Shown here piece by piece: positions 27,501-42,070 of a stretch of 64,000 nt of DNA. The position numbers and the translations under genes are program-made. The DNA comes from Eledone cirrhosa. Taxonomy: Eukaryota. How positions within the stretch are numbered: the stretch's first letter is position 1; each line of letters begins with the position of its first letter. The notes below the pieces were generated by a model. The model worked only from the letters and a program-made list of their open reading frames with translations. It was not told where the DNA came from and did no database searches. The stretch lies in assembly GCA_964016885.1 (NCBI GenBank), contig OZ024744.1, positions 73,346,001 to 73,410,000 of the forward strand, read 5' to 3'.

Positions 27501-27938
27501 TCCACACTCTTGTACGGAAGTGTAACATGGCACCTTAAGACCAGCCAAGAGAAGAAGTTGGGCGCATTCGATTCCGGGTGTCTGCGAAAAATCCTGGGGA
27601 TTAAATGGAGTGACCATGTAACAAACCAGGAAGTCAGGAACCGCACCAACCAGCAGCTAGTCTCTTCTGCCATCTACAAGCGACGCCTGGGCTGGTTTGG
27701 GCACGCTTTGAGACTTCCCCCGGAGAGACTGGCAAACCAAGTACTTAAATGGAACCCACAGGGAAGCAGACGGAGAGGGCGACCCAAAATGAACTGGCGC
27801 CAGACAGTTGAGAGGGACCTGCGAGCGACAAACAGACAATGGCGGGACGCTGTGCAACTGGCTGCTGACCGAACGCGGTGGAACACTATGATTGCCTCAT
27901 GCGTCGCAAGACGCGGGAGCTTCTGAGTCTGAGTCTGA
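24540..27938 (+). mobile_element. RTE-clade LINE, near full length, with inverted 5' segment (24540-~25220 on -)
   Basis: APE N-terminus (GYWNIRTM...LGLSEVRW) on -; APE remainder (QCYAPT, GDMNAQ, QIDHI, SDH) and RT on +; (CTGAGT)n tail; TSD GCTGTCGTTGT at 24529-24539 and 27939-27949. Confidence 0.93.
26652..27926 (+). pseudogene. RTE reverse transcriptase domain (open segment of a disrupted ORF)
   Basis: QAGFR, FIDFSKAFDS, GVRQGCSLSP, DLDFADD, FTYLGS and RGRP motifs; the upstream part has stops and frameshifts. Confidence 0.95.
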
Positions 27939-28340
27939 GCTGTCGTTGTCCTAGTGACGTGAATATGTTTATCAACAACTAAAAATAGCAGCCGGAACCT
28001 TTCAACCACAAAAGCTCTATTAAAGATATATATTTTTAGGAAAATGATGATTATTATCGCCAGGACTATATATAGGAAGTTTCCGTTAAATTTCAATATG
28101 ATACCTCTGTAACTCTGTTGTTACACTCTTTACAACTTATCCCCTGTCAATATTTGATATGTTTATTTTATATATATTTCAATCGACTTTTAATATTTAA
28201 TAAATGCTCGGATCTATTTATTAGAATCCTCGAGCTTTGTTTACAGGTAATATGGCGCAAGTCTGTGTTTTTCTCAGGTATGACTTCTATAGGTTTTGTA
28301 GTATTATATATATATATATATATCTCTATATATATATATA

Positions 28341-29305
28341 CTAGCCGAATTAACCGCACCTTGCTGCGTTTCACACATTTCTTTTGTAAGAAAATGATAA
28401 TTGATTTTAAATCAGTGATATAATTTATGGAGAAAAACTCTGCATTTCAATATTACTCAATGTAAAATGTAATGCATTAAAAATATGGGAAACATTATTT
28501 TTTGTAATCCCGCCGAGGTTAACTTTGCCTTTCATCCTTACGGGGTCGATAAAATAAAGTACCAGTAATACACTGGGTATTTGCTGGCCTTGTGCCAAAA
28601 GGTAGAAACAATTATTTAGGGTGGTGGATTGGCAGTATCGGTAGAGGGTCGGACGCGATGCTTTGACGCATAGAGTTACGGCCCTTGCCATTCTGAGTTC
28701 AAATCCCGCCGAGGTTAACTTTGCCTTTCATCCTTACGGGGTCGATAAAATAAAGTACCAGTAAAGTACTGGGTAATTGCTGGCCCTGTGCCAAAAGTAG
28801 AAACAATTATTTTTTTTGTAATATATCAAAGCAAAATTACATTATTAAATCTTATTCTTATCTTGTTTCTTGTAAATAATTTTTTTCAAAATATCAATTC
28901 AAAACTGTTACGAATAGGCATCATATCTTATCATTTACCTATGGTTTAAATTTCATATAAATCAAAGGGAAAATATTTTCAGCGGGGGTTTGTGCCTTCG
29001 GAGAACCCTAATAGGGGGTTTAGCGCCCATTAGGGTGTCTTAATATTATTGAAATTTGCTGAAACTATTGTGAATAGGCATCATATTTGTCATTTACCTA
29101 TGGTTTAAATTTCATATAAATCGAAGGGGAAACATTTTCAGCGGGGATTTTGTGCCCTCGGGGAACCCTTTGATTAAAATGAAATATACTTATCCAAGTA
29201 TCCTGAGAAATTTAGTTTCAGAATAGGTTATGGGGGTTTATCTCTAAAACCATAGGAGTAGTTCGTGAACAAACAAACAAACAGACAGGAATACAACTTT
29301 ATAGA
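28341..29305 (-). mobile_element. Putative non-autonomous Helitron with nested SINEs
   Basis: Minus strand 5' TC...(TTTG)n subterminal repeat; 3' hairpin CGCA-N6-TGCG then CTAG; internal ~100-bp direct repeat (28912/29073). Confidence 0.65.
28506..28810 (+). mobile_element. Two tandem SINE family 1 copies
   Basis: Partial copy 28506-28616 and full copy 28620-28810. Confidence 0.9.
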
Positions 29306-29325
29306 TATCTATATCTATATCTATC

Positions 29326-32300
29326 ACCCAACATTAACATCTGGTGGATTCTGGCAGGGTTCTTGGAGGAGGATGAAGACACAATACTGTCGATTCAAAA
29401 ATCCACAAGAAACACCTCGAACGGCAAAAGCTTGGAAATTTTGGTCCAAATGAAACCGGACAGAATTTCCAAGATACCAGAAAGAGTGCCAGTAGAAAAT
29501 ACAAACTATATACACATTTCGGCAGAAGTAGGCGGTCACATTTTTTTAAATGCGCAAGCACATCGCATTTAAAGGCCTCCTGTCCTATCTTACGACTCCC
29601 TCCCCCCCCCAAAGTACTTTTACCAACAGCAACACCAAAACCACAATAACAACAACACACAAAACAAGCAAACACAAAAAAAACAAACAACTGTTCAACC
29701 ACAAACAACAGAAAAAACTCAAACAATTCCCCTGAAAAACACTGTCTCACCCCATCCCACTCCATCCAACACTACCACAATCACACACACAAACACACCA
29801 TCACCACACAACATACCCCTCGCACACGCCCCTGATGACGTTCATCCCCAGACATGGCTACTTCTCCATCCCCAAGTGAAGATAAAGGAGAGCCTCGGAA
29901 AAAAAAAACAGACACCGCAAAGCCACAAAAACAAAAATCACCAACACGAACACACAACCACCAACACAAACAACAACAAAAACACCACCACAATCAACAA
30001 ACACCAACAAAACAAACACCAACACCACCCCAAACACAAATGCCCACCATAAAAAGAAAACTACAAAATGAACAACAAACTAAAACAACACAACAAAAAG
30101 ACAAACAACAATACACATACATTAACACAAACAAAAAAAATTAATGGAGGTCATCTCCCAAGACCCCAAAGTAGAAACTGAGGGGAAAACTTTTGTCATG
30201 GCAGACTCTGAACCACACCTAAAATTGATAAGGGTTTCGATAGAAACGTATCAGAAATTAAAAGAACAATTTTCTCAGGACGTTGGCAACCCCTGTCAAA
30301 ATCCCATTAACCGTGTCCTATTAAAATGTTTCCCCACCCCACCCAAATGGAGATTGAACAACCTAATCTCCAGGAAACGAAAATGTAAGTGCATCTTTTC
30401 GTCCTTTTTCGCTAACTCTTCTCCACCAACATGGCTAATTTACGAATTGTAAGTGTGAATGTGCGTGGCCTAGGGATGCCATGGAAAGAGGGCCAACTTT
30501 TAAACGACTTTAGGTCACACGGTATGGATGTGATAGCGATCACCGAGTCCAGGATCCGCAACAGGCAGCAACTAACCACCATCTTTAATGACTTTGAGAT
30601 CTACGCATCTCTCTGTCAGCCAGGCGGTGGAGGGGGAGTGGCTGTCATGTTTCGGAAAAACCTGGACGTCGAAGTACAGCAAGTACACTTGGACCCGGAG
30701 GGTAGACTGGTAGTTCTAGACGTGAACAGTATTGGAGGTGGAGCCTTCAGACTGGTGGCCGTTTATGCCCCGACAGGGCAATCGTGGCCAGACTCCTTTA
30801 AGCATCTAGAGTCTTTTCTGGGAACGTCTCGCTCCTTGCTTTAGTGGGGGACTGGAATGGTATCCTAGACGCACGATGGGACTATGTAGGATCATGTCCC
30901 AGTAGAGGGGGATGCAACAACCTCAAAAATTTAATCGGCCAATTCCAACTGGCTGATAGGTATCGATAGTTTTCCCGACTGCACTACAGTGGACGTGGAC
31001 AAACCGTAGCGGGACATCTAGATCGGATTTAGACAGGTTCTTTATTAGAGAGAGAGACAAGAAGATGTTAAGCTGTCCACAAATGCACATGGTTGGCTAC
31101 TCAGACTACAAACTAGTCATCTGCATAGTAAACCGTGATAGAATACATAGACAAGGACCCGGATACTGGAAGCTGAACGGATAGGTAGATTAGTTAAGCA
31201 ACAATTGACGGGAGCCATTGTCAATAATAGATGGTGGTAGTCCCTCAAGAAAGTAATCAGAGTAGAGTTGATAGACTTTAGCAGAGAGTTAGCCTTAGAG
31301 AAAAACAAAACAGAAACGGAACTAGTAGCCAAGGTAGAGGAGGCGCTTAGGAGTGGCAACGCAGCTAGAATGTTAGCAACGAGAACGGCACTGGACCAGT
31401 TCTTCGACGCGAAACACAAAGGCTGCGTGGTCAGAAGTAAATCACGTGCTCTGGGAAACGACGAAGCGAAAGCTGTTAGCTGGGCCCGAGTGATACAAGT
31501 CCACAATTCGGTCTTTGAAAGACCAAAACGGACGCGTGCTACTTGACCCCAAGCGGATGTGCGCGGCCTTTCAGTGGTACTTTGCGCAACTGTTCGAGCA
31601 GAGTGGCGGTGCGTCGAACGGGGCAATGGATTTCGGTTCATACGTGGACGGCCTGCCGCGTCTCTCGAGCATGGACGCCGAGTTCTGCGAAAGACCGATC
31701 ACAGCCACTGAGATACGGGACGCTCTGGGCCGCTGCGGGAAACGCAAATCACCCGGTCTAGATAGTCTACCTATGAGTTTTACATAGGCATGCCGGACTT
31801 GTTCTCTGGCGTCCTCGAGGCCGTCTACTCCAACTGGCAGCAGAACGGGAGAATTCCCAGTTCTGCAGGCAGAGACGTAGTTACGCTGATCAGGAAAGAC
31901 GAGAACAAGGAGGAAGAACTAAGCAACTTTAGGCCCATAACTCTGCTCAACACAGAGTTAAAGATTTTGGCCAAGGTGTTGGCAAGAGATTGGCGCTTGT
32001 CGTCGAGAACCTGGTAGGGAAAGCGCAAACGTGTTCATCCCGACCAGGTCCATACACGACAACCTCCACCTCATGCGATACATCATAGAGAGGGTGGGTG
32101 TAAGCCCGGCTTCGGTGGGGCTCTGATCAATTAAGATCAGTCTAAGGCGTTCGATAGGGTCGACCATCGATACTTGGAAGCGGTTCTCAAGGCGGCCGGT
32201 TTGGGACCCGTCATCAGAGGCTGGATCGCCGCAATGCATACCAACATCTGCTCGATGGTCAAGGTAAACGGCTACCTATTGGAGCCGTTCACAATCACGC

Positions 32301-34000
32301 GTTACATCCGACAGGGATGCCCTCTCTCCTCCATTCTGTACGTCATGACTCTAGAGCCACTACTGTGGAAGTTGGAGCTGCTTCAGGGCAACCCGTTGGA
32401 ACCGGGACTGCGGAAAGCGGTGTCGGCTTATGCTGACGACGTGACAGTAATGGTGTCGGAAACTTATTGCAGGAATACGAAAGGCTCACAGGAGCAAAGC
32501 TGAACCCGGACAAGTCTGTCGGTTTGCAACTCGGGACGTGGAGAGGCAAACAGATGCCGTCCGACAGCGTCGTCGGACGCTGGACGGACGGTCCGGTGAA
32601 ATTGCTCGGGGTCTGGTTCGGTCCGGACCTCCAGGTGGAGAAAAACTGGAACGAGGTCACTGCCATGGTATTTGCGCTCACCCAGAAGTGGGCAAAGTGC
32701 AACCTATCCTTGAAAGTTCGAGCGGAGGTGGCGAACACTTTCATAGCCTCCGTCATCTACTACCGCTTGACCGTCGTGCCTTGTCCCCGTGAACACCTCC
32801 CCAAAATGGAAAGCATGTTCTTCCAGTTCCTTTGGAAGGAGCAGGGTCCACTGGTGAGGAGATCCGTCTGCTCTCAGCACCCGTTCCAGCGGAGGGCTGG
32901 GAATGCCGTGGCTGATGATGCGCAAGCATGCGCCGAGGCTGCAGCATCTACAGGTATTCTTCACCGACCCCCAACTGGTGTGGGCACCGTTTGTGAGACA
33001 GGCCTTCCCGTAACTTGTCTCGCTGACGGAGCTGTAGTCCTGGGTCAAGCGGAGACCAAAGAAGATGGGCGCCTGGCACATTGAATGGGTTCAGGAGCTC
33101 ACAGTCCTCTGTCAAGCGGGCACGGTAATCAATGGAGACTCCACTTCGATATTCTATAGAGGGTTAGTACGTTCAATGTGCGTCGACGTGCTCAGAGAGA
33201 CTCTGGGCGTCAAATACGACGAATTCACCAGTCTGTTTGGTAGGACTTTCCGCCCGGGACCTATGGACAACTTCCAGAGATCCCTGGCCTGGCAGTGCTA
33301 CCGAGGAGCTCTGCCAGTTCGTGACAAGATCTACAGGCACGGACGGCCTGGCAGGGATCCTTCCAAGAGGACGTGTCCAAGATGTGGGCAGGACATTGAA
33401 ACTGTCTTGTACGCAATTGTACACTGCCCGGGCGCAACCGACCTGTGGAACCACGGAAAACAACTGCTGTCGCGTATGGGACAAATCCAGTTGAATGCCG
33501 AGTCCATAGTAATTATCAAACCGCCAACCTCCTTCAAAAACGAAAGAGAGGCGGTTTTCCTCTGTATAGTGGCTATGGTGAAAGAAGTTATATGGTGGAC
33601 GAGATTGAGAGGACTCCAGACAACAACTCATTCCCTTCTTTAGGTACCACTTTAGAAGGAGAATCAGAGTGGAGAGAGAGGCACAGCACCCCCGTAAATT
33701 TACTGAAAGGTGGGTGAATGTGGAAAAAAATGGCCCGAGTGATTGGGCCTTCTATGTATATAAACCTGTAGGTTGAAGAAGAGAGCAAAAGGAAGAAAGG
33801 AGCACTTGCACAACACGCTCCTGAAATTGAAGGTTGTTCTATCTACGGGGTATTAAACAACTGATTTGTGACGCCTCCCTACTATTGGGGATTTCGATTG
33901 TTATATTTGTTTGTTTCATATTTTTACATGACTGTATGTAAAATCCCGGCATGTGTCCTTGTTTTGACCCCTTTTCTTGTGCGCCCTTGTGGCTAATAAA
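29326..34000 (+). mobile_element. Degenerate near-full-length Tx1-clade LINE
   Basis: APE (SVNVRGL, VYAP, GDWN) from 30431; RT (KSPGLD, NFRPITLLNTELKILAK, AFDRVDH, RQGCPLS, YADDVT); C-terminal CPRC knuckle in 33065-33643; ends AATAAA then (TC)n. The 5' boundary is approximate. Confidence 0.9.
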
Positions 34001-34129
<129 letters not shown>

Positions 34130-34281
34130 GGAGCGAGAGAGAGAGAGAAACAGAGATAGAGAGATAGATAGATAGCTAGATAAATATATTAACATACTTT
34201 TGCTCATAGCTTCGTACATGCACACACACTCTTTTACACACATATACACACACTTTTCTTCTTAGCTTCGTACGGGCGTAT

Positions 34282-34370
<89 letters not shown>

Positions 34371-35989
34371 AACACATGCTTACGCACGTGCACAAGTATA
34401 GCTCTTTTTATAAAAAGTTTTCTTTTCCATTTCAGCTCCATCATCCACTTTTCTAAAAAATAAATCATACACAAAACGCCAGCACCAACAGTTTTGCAAG
34501 AGATGTCAACAGGAATGGACCTGTTATTTTTATCGAAAGACATTTTTTCCAATTCCATCCCACCCGTCCCCTCAATCTATGTTATTTCTCATTCTTTCTT
34601 TTGATGAAGGACTAGCGTCCGAAACGTTAAGGCCCTCTTCCTGCTATATCAAGCGTTAACCTAATATCCCTTCCATATACTGTACCGATTGTGTTGTTAT
34701 TTTTGTTTACCTTTTGCATACATATATATATATATTATATAGTAATAAACTTTAATCTGTTATTATATTATATTATATTATATTATATTATATAGTAATA
34801 AACTTTAATCTGTTATTTTAATAAATATATATTATATATATATATTATATATATATTATATATATATTTATCTATGTACACATTTTCACCGATTTCCTAT
34901 TTGCTTCTAGCCAATTTGCAATCCTCTGTATTTTTACCTCCAAATATGCGAGCACAAACTCGTCTTATATCAGCATTTGATGTCACATAGTATTATATAC
35001 ACACAAAAGTAACATAATTAGTCTTTTCACATTAAATTTGCATTTAACAGAAATATCGTTTCCCTTTTTGTGTGTATTAAAATTCACCACGCAACAAAGC
35101 TTTAAATCTACTCAAATGTATGGGTTACATGACAGTTATAAACTGTAAATTTACCGCGATATCATATCACAGAGGATATAGTATATCACGCTATGATATA
35201 AAATTAAAACTGAAAGAAATTGGGCATGACAAGCGGAACGGAAACGACACAGTCGAACGGAAGTTTGGCGTTACAAAAAGAAATAAAAAGCTTGAGAGAA
35301 TGAAAATCAAAGGAAGATAAACTCAAAAGTGTTTAATCGTTAACTATAAAAAAGCTGGCATCCCGAAAAATCAATTTCTTGTAACTACAACATTTCTAAC
35401 ACCTACAAATATTTCCGCTCTATCTTTTATCCGAGACACGAATTTATATCACAAGTAATTCACCTATTAGTTATTCTTCTAGCATTGCCTCAAACTTATT
35501 TACTTCTTTAACCAGTGGAGACTTCTGGATCACCACCCTACTCCCTACCATCGACACAGAGTTGGCTATCCGCAGGTATGAGCCTCGCAAGCGAGCTGGA
35601 ATGGCTCTTCCAGCGCGTCTCTCTCACCATTCTCCCGGGGAAACGTCTTCTCTATTCTGTCTTCCGGGGCCACGGGGCGACCAGCATGTGGGCCCCTATT
35701 TGCTCATAATAATGAGAGATGTGGAGAGTGGGAGAGACAGAGGCAGTGACAGTGTGAATTTGGTTCTTTTTTGTTCGGGCATGGTGTATATGTATATATT
35801 TTTCACAGACACACTCATAAAAAGCATCCACTACATGTTATATTATTTTTCTCCTTTACATCAGGCATTCTGCACTCATTAAATTATTGTTTTATCTCTC
35901 TTATGTGGAGGATGGGACTCTTAGCCCTATTTAATAACGTCCCGTTCGTGGGTTGATTCAGTTCTCAGTGCCAAATTTTATCGCTATCC

Positions 35990-37870
35990 CTTCCGTTATC
36001 TTCCATATGCATATCACTCAGCATCTTTTCCACCTCCACTCTCGGTAGAAGACTTTTAATTCTTTCAGCATTACCCAGTAGCCCACTCTTTCATTGAGAC
36101 AATGCTCTTGATGTTGCTTTGTTGCATTACTTTAAGTTTTGCAGTTAATTTGACAATGTTGGATGACCAGAGCTGGACATAGTCGAAGTAGCTGAAGACA
36201 ATTTCCTTCAGAAGGAATATGGTTTCTCGGTCTCCTATCCGGAATGATTTCAAAATCTATCCGGTCAGTCGTCTGCATATTGTCACCATCTTGGTGATAT
36301 GCACAGGCAACGACGCATCGTTTCTCATATCAATTCTCAGGTACCGCACTGATTTTAGCCAAGGATTTAAATCCCGCCTGGTCAAGAATAACTTTGTTCT
36401 AGTGGATTTGAGCCAACAGATTGGTAGCGGAGGGCTTGAAATTTTCTAGCATTAAACTGCATATTGTTGTCCTCGGTGGTGCATTTGTATATGACACCTA
36501 AATCAGTCGGATCCTACTTATCTTCTTCTAATTTTATGTCATCAACATATCTAATGAGGGTGGCTACATGTACTACCAAAGACATGTTTGAGAGAACCAC
36601 CTCAAAAAGCAGTGGTCCCAAAATTTCACTTGTTATTAATGTTTCCTTTGGGAAGGCTCCATTGGCTGCAACAGTTTGGGTTTTGTCTTCTAGTTTTCTA
36701 TGTCGAGACTACATTGTTTGTGACACATCATTCAATAATCAACTTTATAGAAGGCCTTTACGAAGTCGAGATATATGACATCATCGTTTGAGCGGTTTAA
36801 CAGCTGATTCAGTACCTAGTCATAATACCAAAGAAGCCGTGTAAGACAGCTTTTACCAGAACAAAAGCCGTTCTAGATGTTAGCAAGTTTTAGAGACCTT
36901 TTAGGCATATTGATCAGTTTCCCTCTGATAACTCGTTTAATGAATTTGGTGATATGCGAGATCAGGCAGACATGTCTGTAATTTTTAAAGTATCTGCTCT
37001 GCTTCCACTTTTATGGATAGGACTTATTATGCGTTCCTTTATATTCCTGGGGAGTTTACCAGTTACAAGAAAGATAATCTGAAGTTGTTTTACCTAAGAT
37101 TGCTAGGAATCCGCAAGAGCCGATTGCTGAATTCCAGCTCATTTCACTTATGGCTTTATATCAATGTAATCAATGGTTGCCATTTCTGTATGTTTTTGGC
37201 TTATTCCTTTGCATATGCCTCATAGGGTGTGTGAAATACCCTTGTATTGTTCATTCAGTATTTTACTATTGGAACGAGACGTTGCATGGAACAGTAGCCC
37301 TATCTTATAATATCTTGAAGCAGACTCATTTGGAAAATTAAAGAACACTTTAAGGTTTATTTATATATAATTTTATAACTATGTCTTCTATTTCTGCTCT
37401 CTCATTTTCATGGAAATGTTTGTGTTCAGATTCACTTTCAAACAGTGCCCGCTTCAAAAGAGATTCTTTACTATCTTTTAATTGTATAATCAATCGATTT
37501 GAGACCTTCGTTCTTCGTCTTATAAGAATTATTCTTCTACTACGTCTGGGAAATATATTTTTATATCTGTTGGCCTTTTTATCGTGGGAAAACTAACTAT
37601 GAAAGGTTTATATTGTTATCATGAAATAAGTTTCATGCCAATGCCTTGCAGAGAAAGAAACTGCCAGACTAGTTTTGTTCCAGGATCTCTTTCTGAATCC
37701 CTTTTCTAGTTTGGTTTGTGAACATTTAGGCTACATAGAATTCGGAATTCGGTTGCTTCGTATAGGTTGTGTATCAACATTTTTCTTAAGGGGATATATT
37801 GTTAATGCTACTAAGTTAATATTCGAGAAAATCGTCGTTTTCTGTATGGATAAGCTCCGCTTTATTTGTA
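35990..37870 (-). pseudogene. Decayed CR1/L2-group LINE reverse transcriptase
   Basis: Minus-strand remnants KNYRHVCLISHITKFIKR (~NYRPISLTS), LGPLL, DLGV and FDYVQLWS (~LDYCSQLWSP) in the expected order. Confidence 0.65.
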
Positions 37871-38122
37871 AAACAAAGATCTAACCCATGCTTATTTATA
37901 TACTTGCTCCACGATACAACACAAAAAAACAAAAACAAAAACACACAAACAAAAAACAATCTAAATGCGAATCAATGCATGATTAGCCCTGTATTTGAAT
38001 GAGTAATTAGTTGTTTTGCCGCGTGAGTTGTATTAACACGACCGAGAATCTAGAGTATGTATGTATGTATGTATGTATGTATGTATGTATGTATGTATGT
38101 ATGTATGTATGTATGTATGTAT

Positions 38123-38283
38123 GTTGCCAGTTTAGTCGCCAACGACCCGACCATATAGTGTTTGTACCAGAGTTTTCAAGTCGCTGGCTGGACTAAAAAG
38201 TCACACTCGTTCAGCGCATCGGTAGGGGTTCTCCTACATGGATATAAAGTAGTGGCCGTACTCGAAAACGAGTTGGCAGCCAC
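38123..38283 (-). mobile_element. Short (TATG)n-embedded element, copy 2
   Basis: See 7828-7991. Its end, GTTGCCAGTTTAGTCGCCAACGACC, also matches 25130-25154. Confidence 0.7.
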
Positions 38284-38295
38284 TATGTATGTATG

Positions 38296-39400
38296 TTCTT
38301 CTGGTTTTATAATTTCACAAATTTTTGCCAATAGAGAGAGAGTCGGTTTCTAACACAAGACTCTCTCATTGGAATTTACACATCAACTAGGTAGATATGT
38401 ATGCATGTGTGTGCAGGTATGGATGTTATTACATGTGTGGATGTGGATGTTTTGAGTTGTATGTGTGCATGTGCATATGCTTTGTATCTGTGCATGTGTA
38501 TATGCAGTTATTAGATGCAGAATCTTTGGAATGTTTTACATATTTTTACTGTTCCGTTAATGGATTGTACTTGTAATTTCCTAACTAGTCATGTTCTTTC
38601 TGTTCCTGTGAAGCCTAGCTTCTCAAGATTTGTATTGAGGCAGCTACTAACATATTCCAGTGCCCCGATAATCAAAGGCATAAATCTGAAGGTATAGTCA
38701 GGGTGAAGTATCTGACGATTTCTCGTTAGTTCTGCATAAATATTCTCCTTTTCGCTAATCTTTGGCATTATACTGTAGCAATCCTCTTCAGATATCGGCG
38801 AAACAGTTAGGCTATTGATGACAATGTTGCTAGACAGGGTTGTAGTTTTCCCCCGTTTTACAGTCATATATGAACATTTATCTTGGCCAACTCCATTCCT
38901 ATATCTTTTGAGAATGTTGTAACAAGGTCAAGATTTTTCTTCATCCCATCCATCTTCTTGGCATATAGTTTCAGATCATCCACAAAGAAATTATGGGTTA
39001 ACTTCGTATTTCTGTCCTCCTGTGAGCCAATGATGTATCCTTCACATTTCTTGAGCAAAAAGGACAAGGGGCTTAATGACAGGATAAATAATATCACAGA
39101 GAGACGGTCTCCTTGAAATATACCCCTGTGATATTCTATTTTATCAGTGAAAATAGAGTTGTCCTTCTCCGTTTTTAACTTTAGGAGAGTAGCCCAAGAA
39201 GAAGACAGCGCCTGTATGGTCTGATAATAATGTCTGGGACTTTAGCAAGTCGGAGAGCCTCTATCATCCAAGAGTGGGGAACAGCATCGAAAGCTTTCCT
39301 GTAGTTCAGCCAGACTGTAGCCATATTCTTCCTTAGTTGTTGCATCTCCGTTATCACAGTTTTTGTTGATTAGGAGTTGTTCAGCACATCCAAAACACCT
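38296..39400 (-). mobile_element. R4/Dong-like RLE LINE, 5'-truncated and internally deleted
   Basis: GIFQGDRLS, THNFFVDDLKLYAK and PLIIGAL motifs; 3' UTR shared with the neighbouring copies. Confidence 0.88.
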
Positions 39401-39414
39401 GTATGTATGTATGT

Positions 39415-42060
39415 CATGGTTTTATAATTTCACAATTTTTTTCCCAATAGAGAGAGAGAGTCGGTATCTAACATAGACACAAGACTCTCTCATTGGAATT
39501 TACACAACATCAACTAGGTAGATTATGTATGCATGCATGTGTAGATATGTTTTTGTATGCGTGGATGTGTATGTTTTGAGTTGTATGTGTGCATGTGTAT
39601 ATGCTTTGTATCAGTACATGTGTATATGCAGTTATTATATGCAAAATCTTTGGAATGTTTTACATAATTTTACTGTTCCGTTAATGGATTGTACTTGTAA
39701 TTTCCTAACTAGTTGTGTTCTTTCTGTTCCTGTGGCCAAACTCCATTCCTATATCCTTTGAGAACGTTGGAACCAGGTCAAGATTCTTCTTCATCCCATC
39801 CATGTTCTTGGCATAGTTTCAGATCGTCCACAAAGAAATTGTGGGTTAGGTTCGTATTTCTGTCTTCCTGAAATATACCTCTGCAATATACCTCTGCAAT
39901 ATTTTATTTTATCAGTGAAAATAGAGTCCTCCCTCTCTGTCTTTAACCTTAGGATGTAGCCCAAGAAGAAGACAGCCTCTCTATGGCTCTGGCAATAATG
40001 TCTGGGACTTAAGCAAGTTGGAGGGCCTCTATCATCCAAGAGTGGGGAACAGAATCGAAAGCTTTCTTGTAGTCCAGCCAGACTGTAGCCATATTCCTCC
40101 TAAGTTGTTGCACCTCCGACATCGCAGTTTTGTTGATTAGGAGTTGTTCAGCACATCCCCAAACTCCTTTCATTCCAGCTGCTTGTTCATCTGTGATGAT
40201 GTTATTATTTTCACAGTAATCTTGGAGGAATAGGTTCAGGCAGGCTGTATACATCTTATACATCAGGTTCTGGCATGCAATGGGTCGTTAGTGGGTGTCT
40301 TTGTTCTTGGGGACCAGTAATGTTTGTGCTAATGTCAACCATTCTGGTATAAGTGTATCTCCTTTGTTGGTAGAGGTCAGTAAGATACCTCCGATAGAAT
40401 ATCAGTTTTTGTACCAGTAGCCGACAATCATGTCTCTTCCTGGTGTTTTCTTATCTTGGAGTTTTCCTATCACAGTCTCAAGAGTACCCTCACTTATTTC
40501 GTATGTTTTTGTTGTAGTGTAGGAGCAATAGTTCTTTCGGATTTCTTTTACCCACACTGCATCTTGGTAGAAATTCTTCTTTTCACACCATATTTTGCTC
40601 CAAAAGGAATCTGTCTTTCTGGGATGGGACCTCAGTGACACTTATTATTTTGTTCTTCATATCTCTATAGACAGATCTTTGGTTTCGTCTGAATCTTTTA
40701 TTAAGCACTTTTCTCTCATCCACCTTCTTCAGGTATCGGCGGTTTTCGTTAACAGCTCTCAATTCTTGTTTGACGGTGATCAGCTTATATTGAAGAGTTC
40801 TGGTTCTACTGTTACCAAACATCGTCTCTATTTTATTTTTCACTCTTTGTTGGTGAGGAGTGAGATTTTTTGTGTTTGTTTGCATGTAAGGAGCATTGTC
40901 ACATATCCTATGTTTTTTCGTAGGTCAGCAATCTTATTTTCTATTTTAGTTATATATGATGGTATTTTTGGTGGTGTTCTGGTCTTGTTAATATCTCTGC
41001 TATCACCAAGATAATGCCTCACTGTCGTTGCTAAGGCATATAAACAGGCGTTGATTTGCCAAAATGTTGGGGTTTTTAGCCGTCGTAAATATTCATCCCC
41101 TATTTCGTCAATAACACGTAATATTCCATTATTTGGTTTTTTATTAAATATTGTCGTTTTAATACGTTCAGAAAGAGAGATATTTATACATGAATTAATT
41201 TCTCTCTGGAAGATTTCGTTGAGGGAAATTTTCAATTGTTTATACTTTTGATTATTATCATTATCAATAGTATTTTCCACAACAGTCGAGGTAAACTCGG
41301 ATGGTACACGTGGTGTAAAATTTCTTCAATTATTATTATTATTTCTTCGATTATTATTATTATCGATAGTGCTTTCCCCAGCATTCGAGGTAGACTTAGA
41401 TGGTACAGGTGGTGTCAAATTTCTTACAGGCATAGTTGTTTCAAGGCGCTGTTCGACCTGGCTGCTAGGAAGTCTAGTAGCATGGCGACCTGTAGTATAT
41501 GTTGTTGATAACAGGTTTGTTGTGGGGGACTTACAATTAATACTATTTATCTTATTTTTACGTTCAACAAACGTCGCTTGTCGGCGTAATTGTTTCGCTG
41601 TGAAATAATTTAGCTTTGGATGCATTTCGTCCCAGTGTAGCTTCATTCTGTTCATATAACCAATGGAGGGATTGTTTTTTGCCATTTTATAACAATTAAA
41701 TAAATCATTATTAAGTTCGCAACTCCAAGAGAAATGCGATTTATAATTTCGGTTTCTTCTGTAGCTACAACTGAATACATTTTGTTTAACTTTCTTGTTG
41801 TTCGTCTTCGATAATACCTTAATATTGTTGTTGATGTTGTGTTCAGCCATGCTGTTTGTAGAAAATCCTTGTAAAATTAATTATGTATTTAGTCGGATAT
41901 CTCTACGAATTCGAATAAAAGGTGTCTTCAGAAGATATAGTTAGAAAAATAACCAGTTATTCAACATGACTGTAGTTGTGGCATTACTGTCGGAGATAGT
42001 ATTCATCTTAAATTTAATAAATAGTCTCCCACGCCAAAAGATGCCACTGATACCGTTGAC
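39415..42060 (-). mobile_element. R4/Dong-like RLE LINE with 5' end, internally deleted
   Basis: Myb-like N-terminal region in 41326-41850 (WSCELNNDLFNCY...GYMNRMKLHW), KTPGRDMIVGYWYK, and EQLLIN...WLDYKKAFDSVPHSW. Confidence 0.9.
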
Positions 42061-42070
42061 TGTATGTATG

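Noticed and set aside
35515-35710. GC-richer stretch as a possible host exon
   Set aside because: No recognisable protein motif and no convincing splice-site pair.
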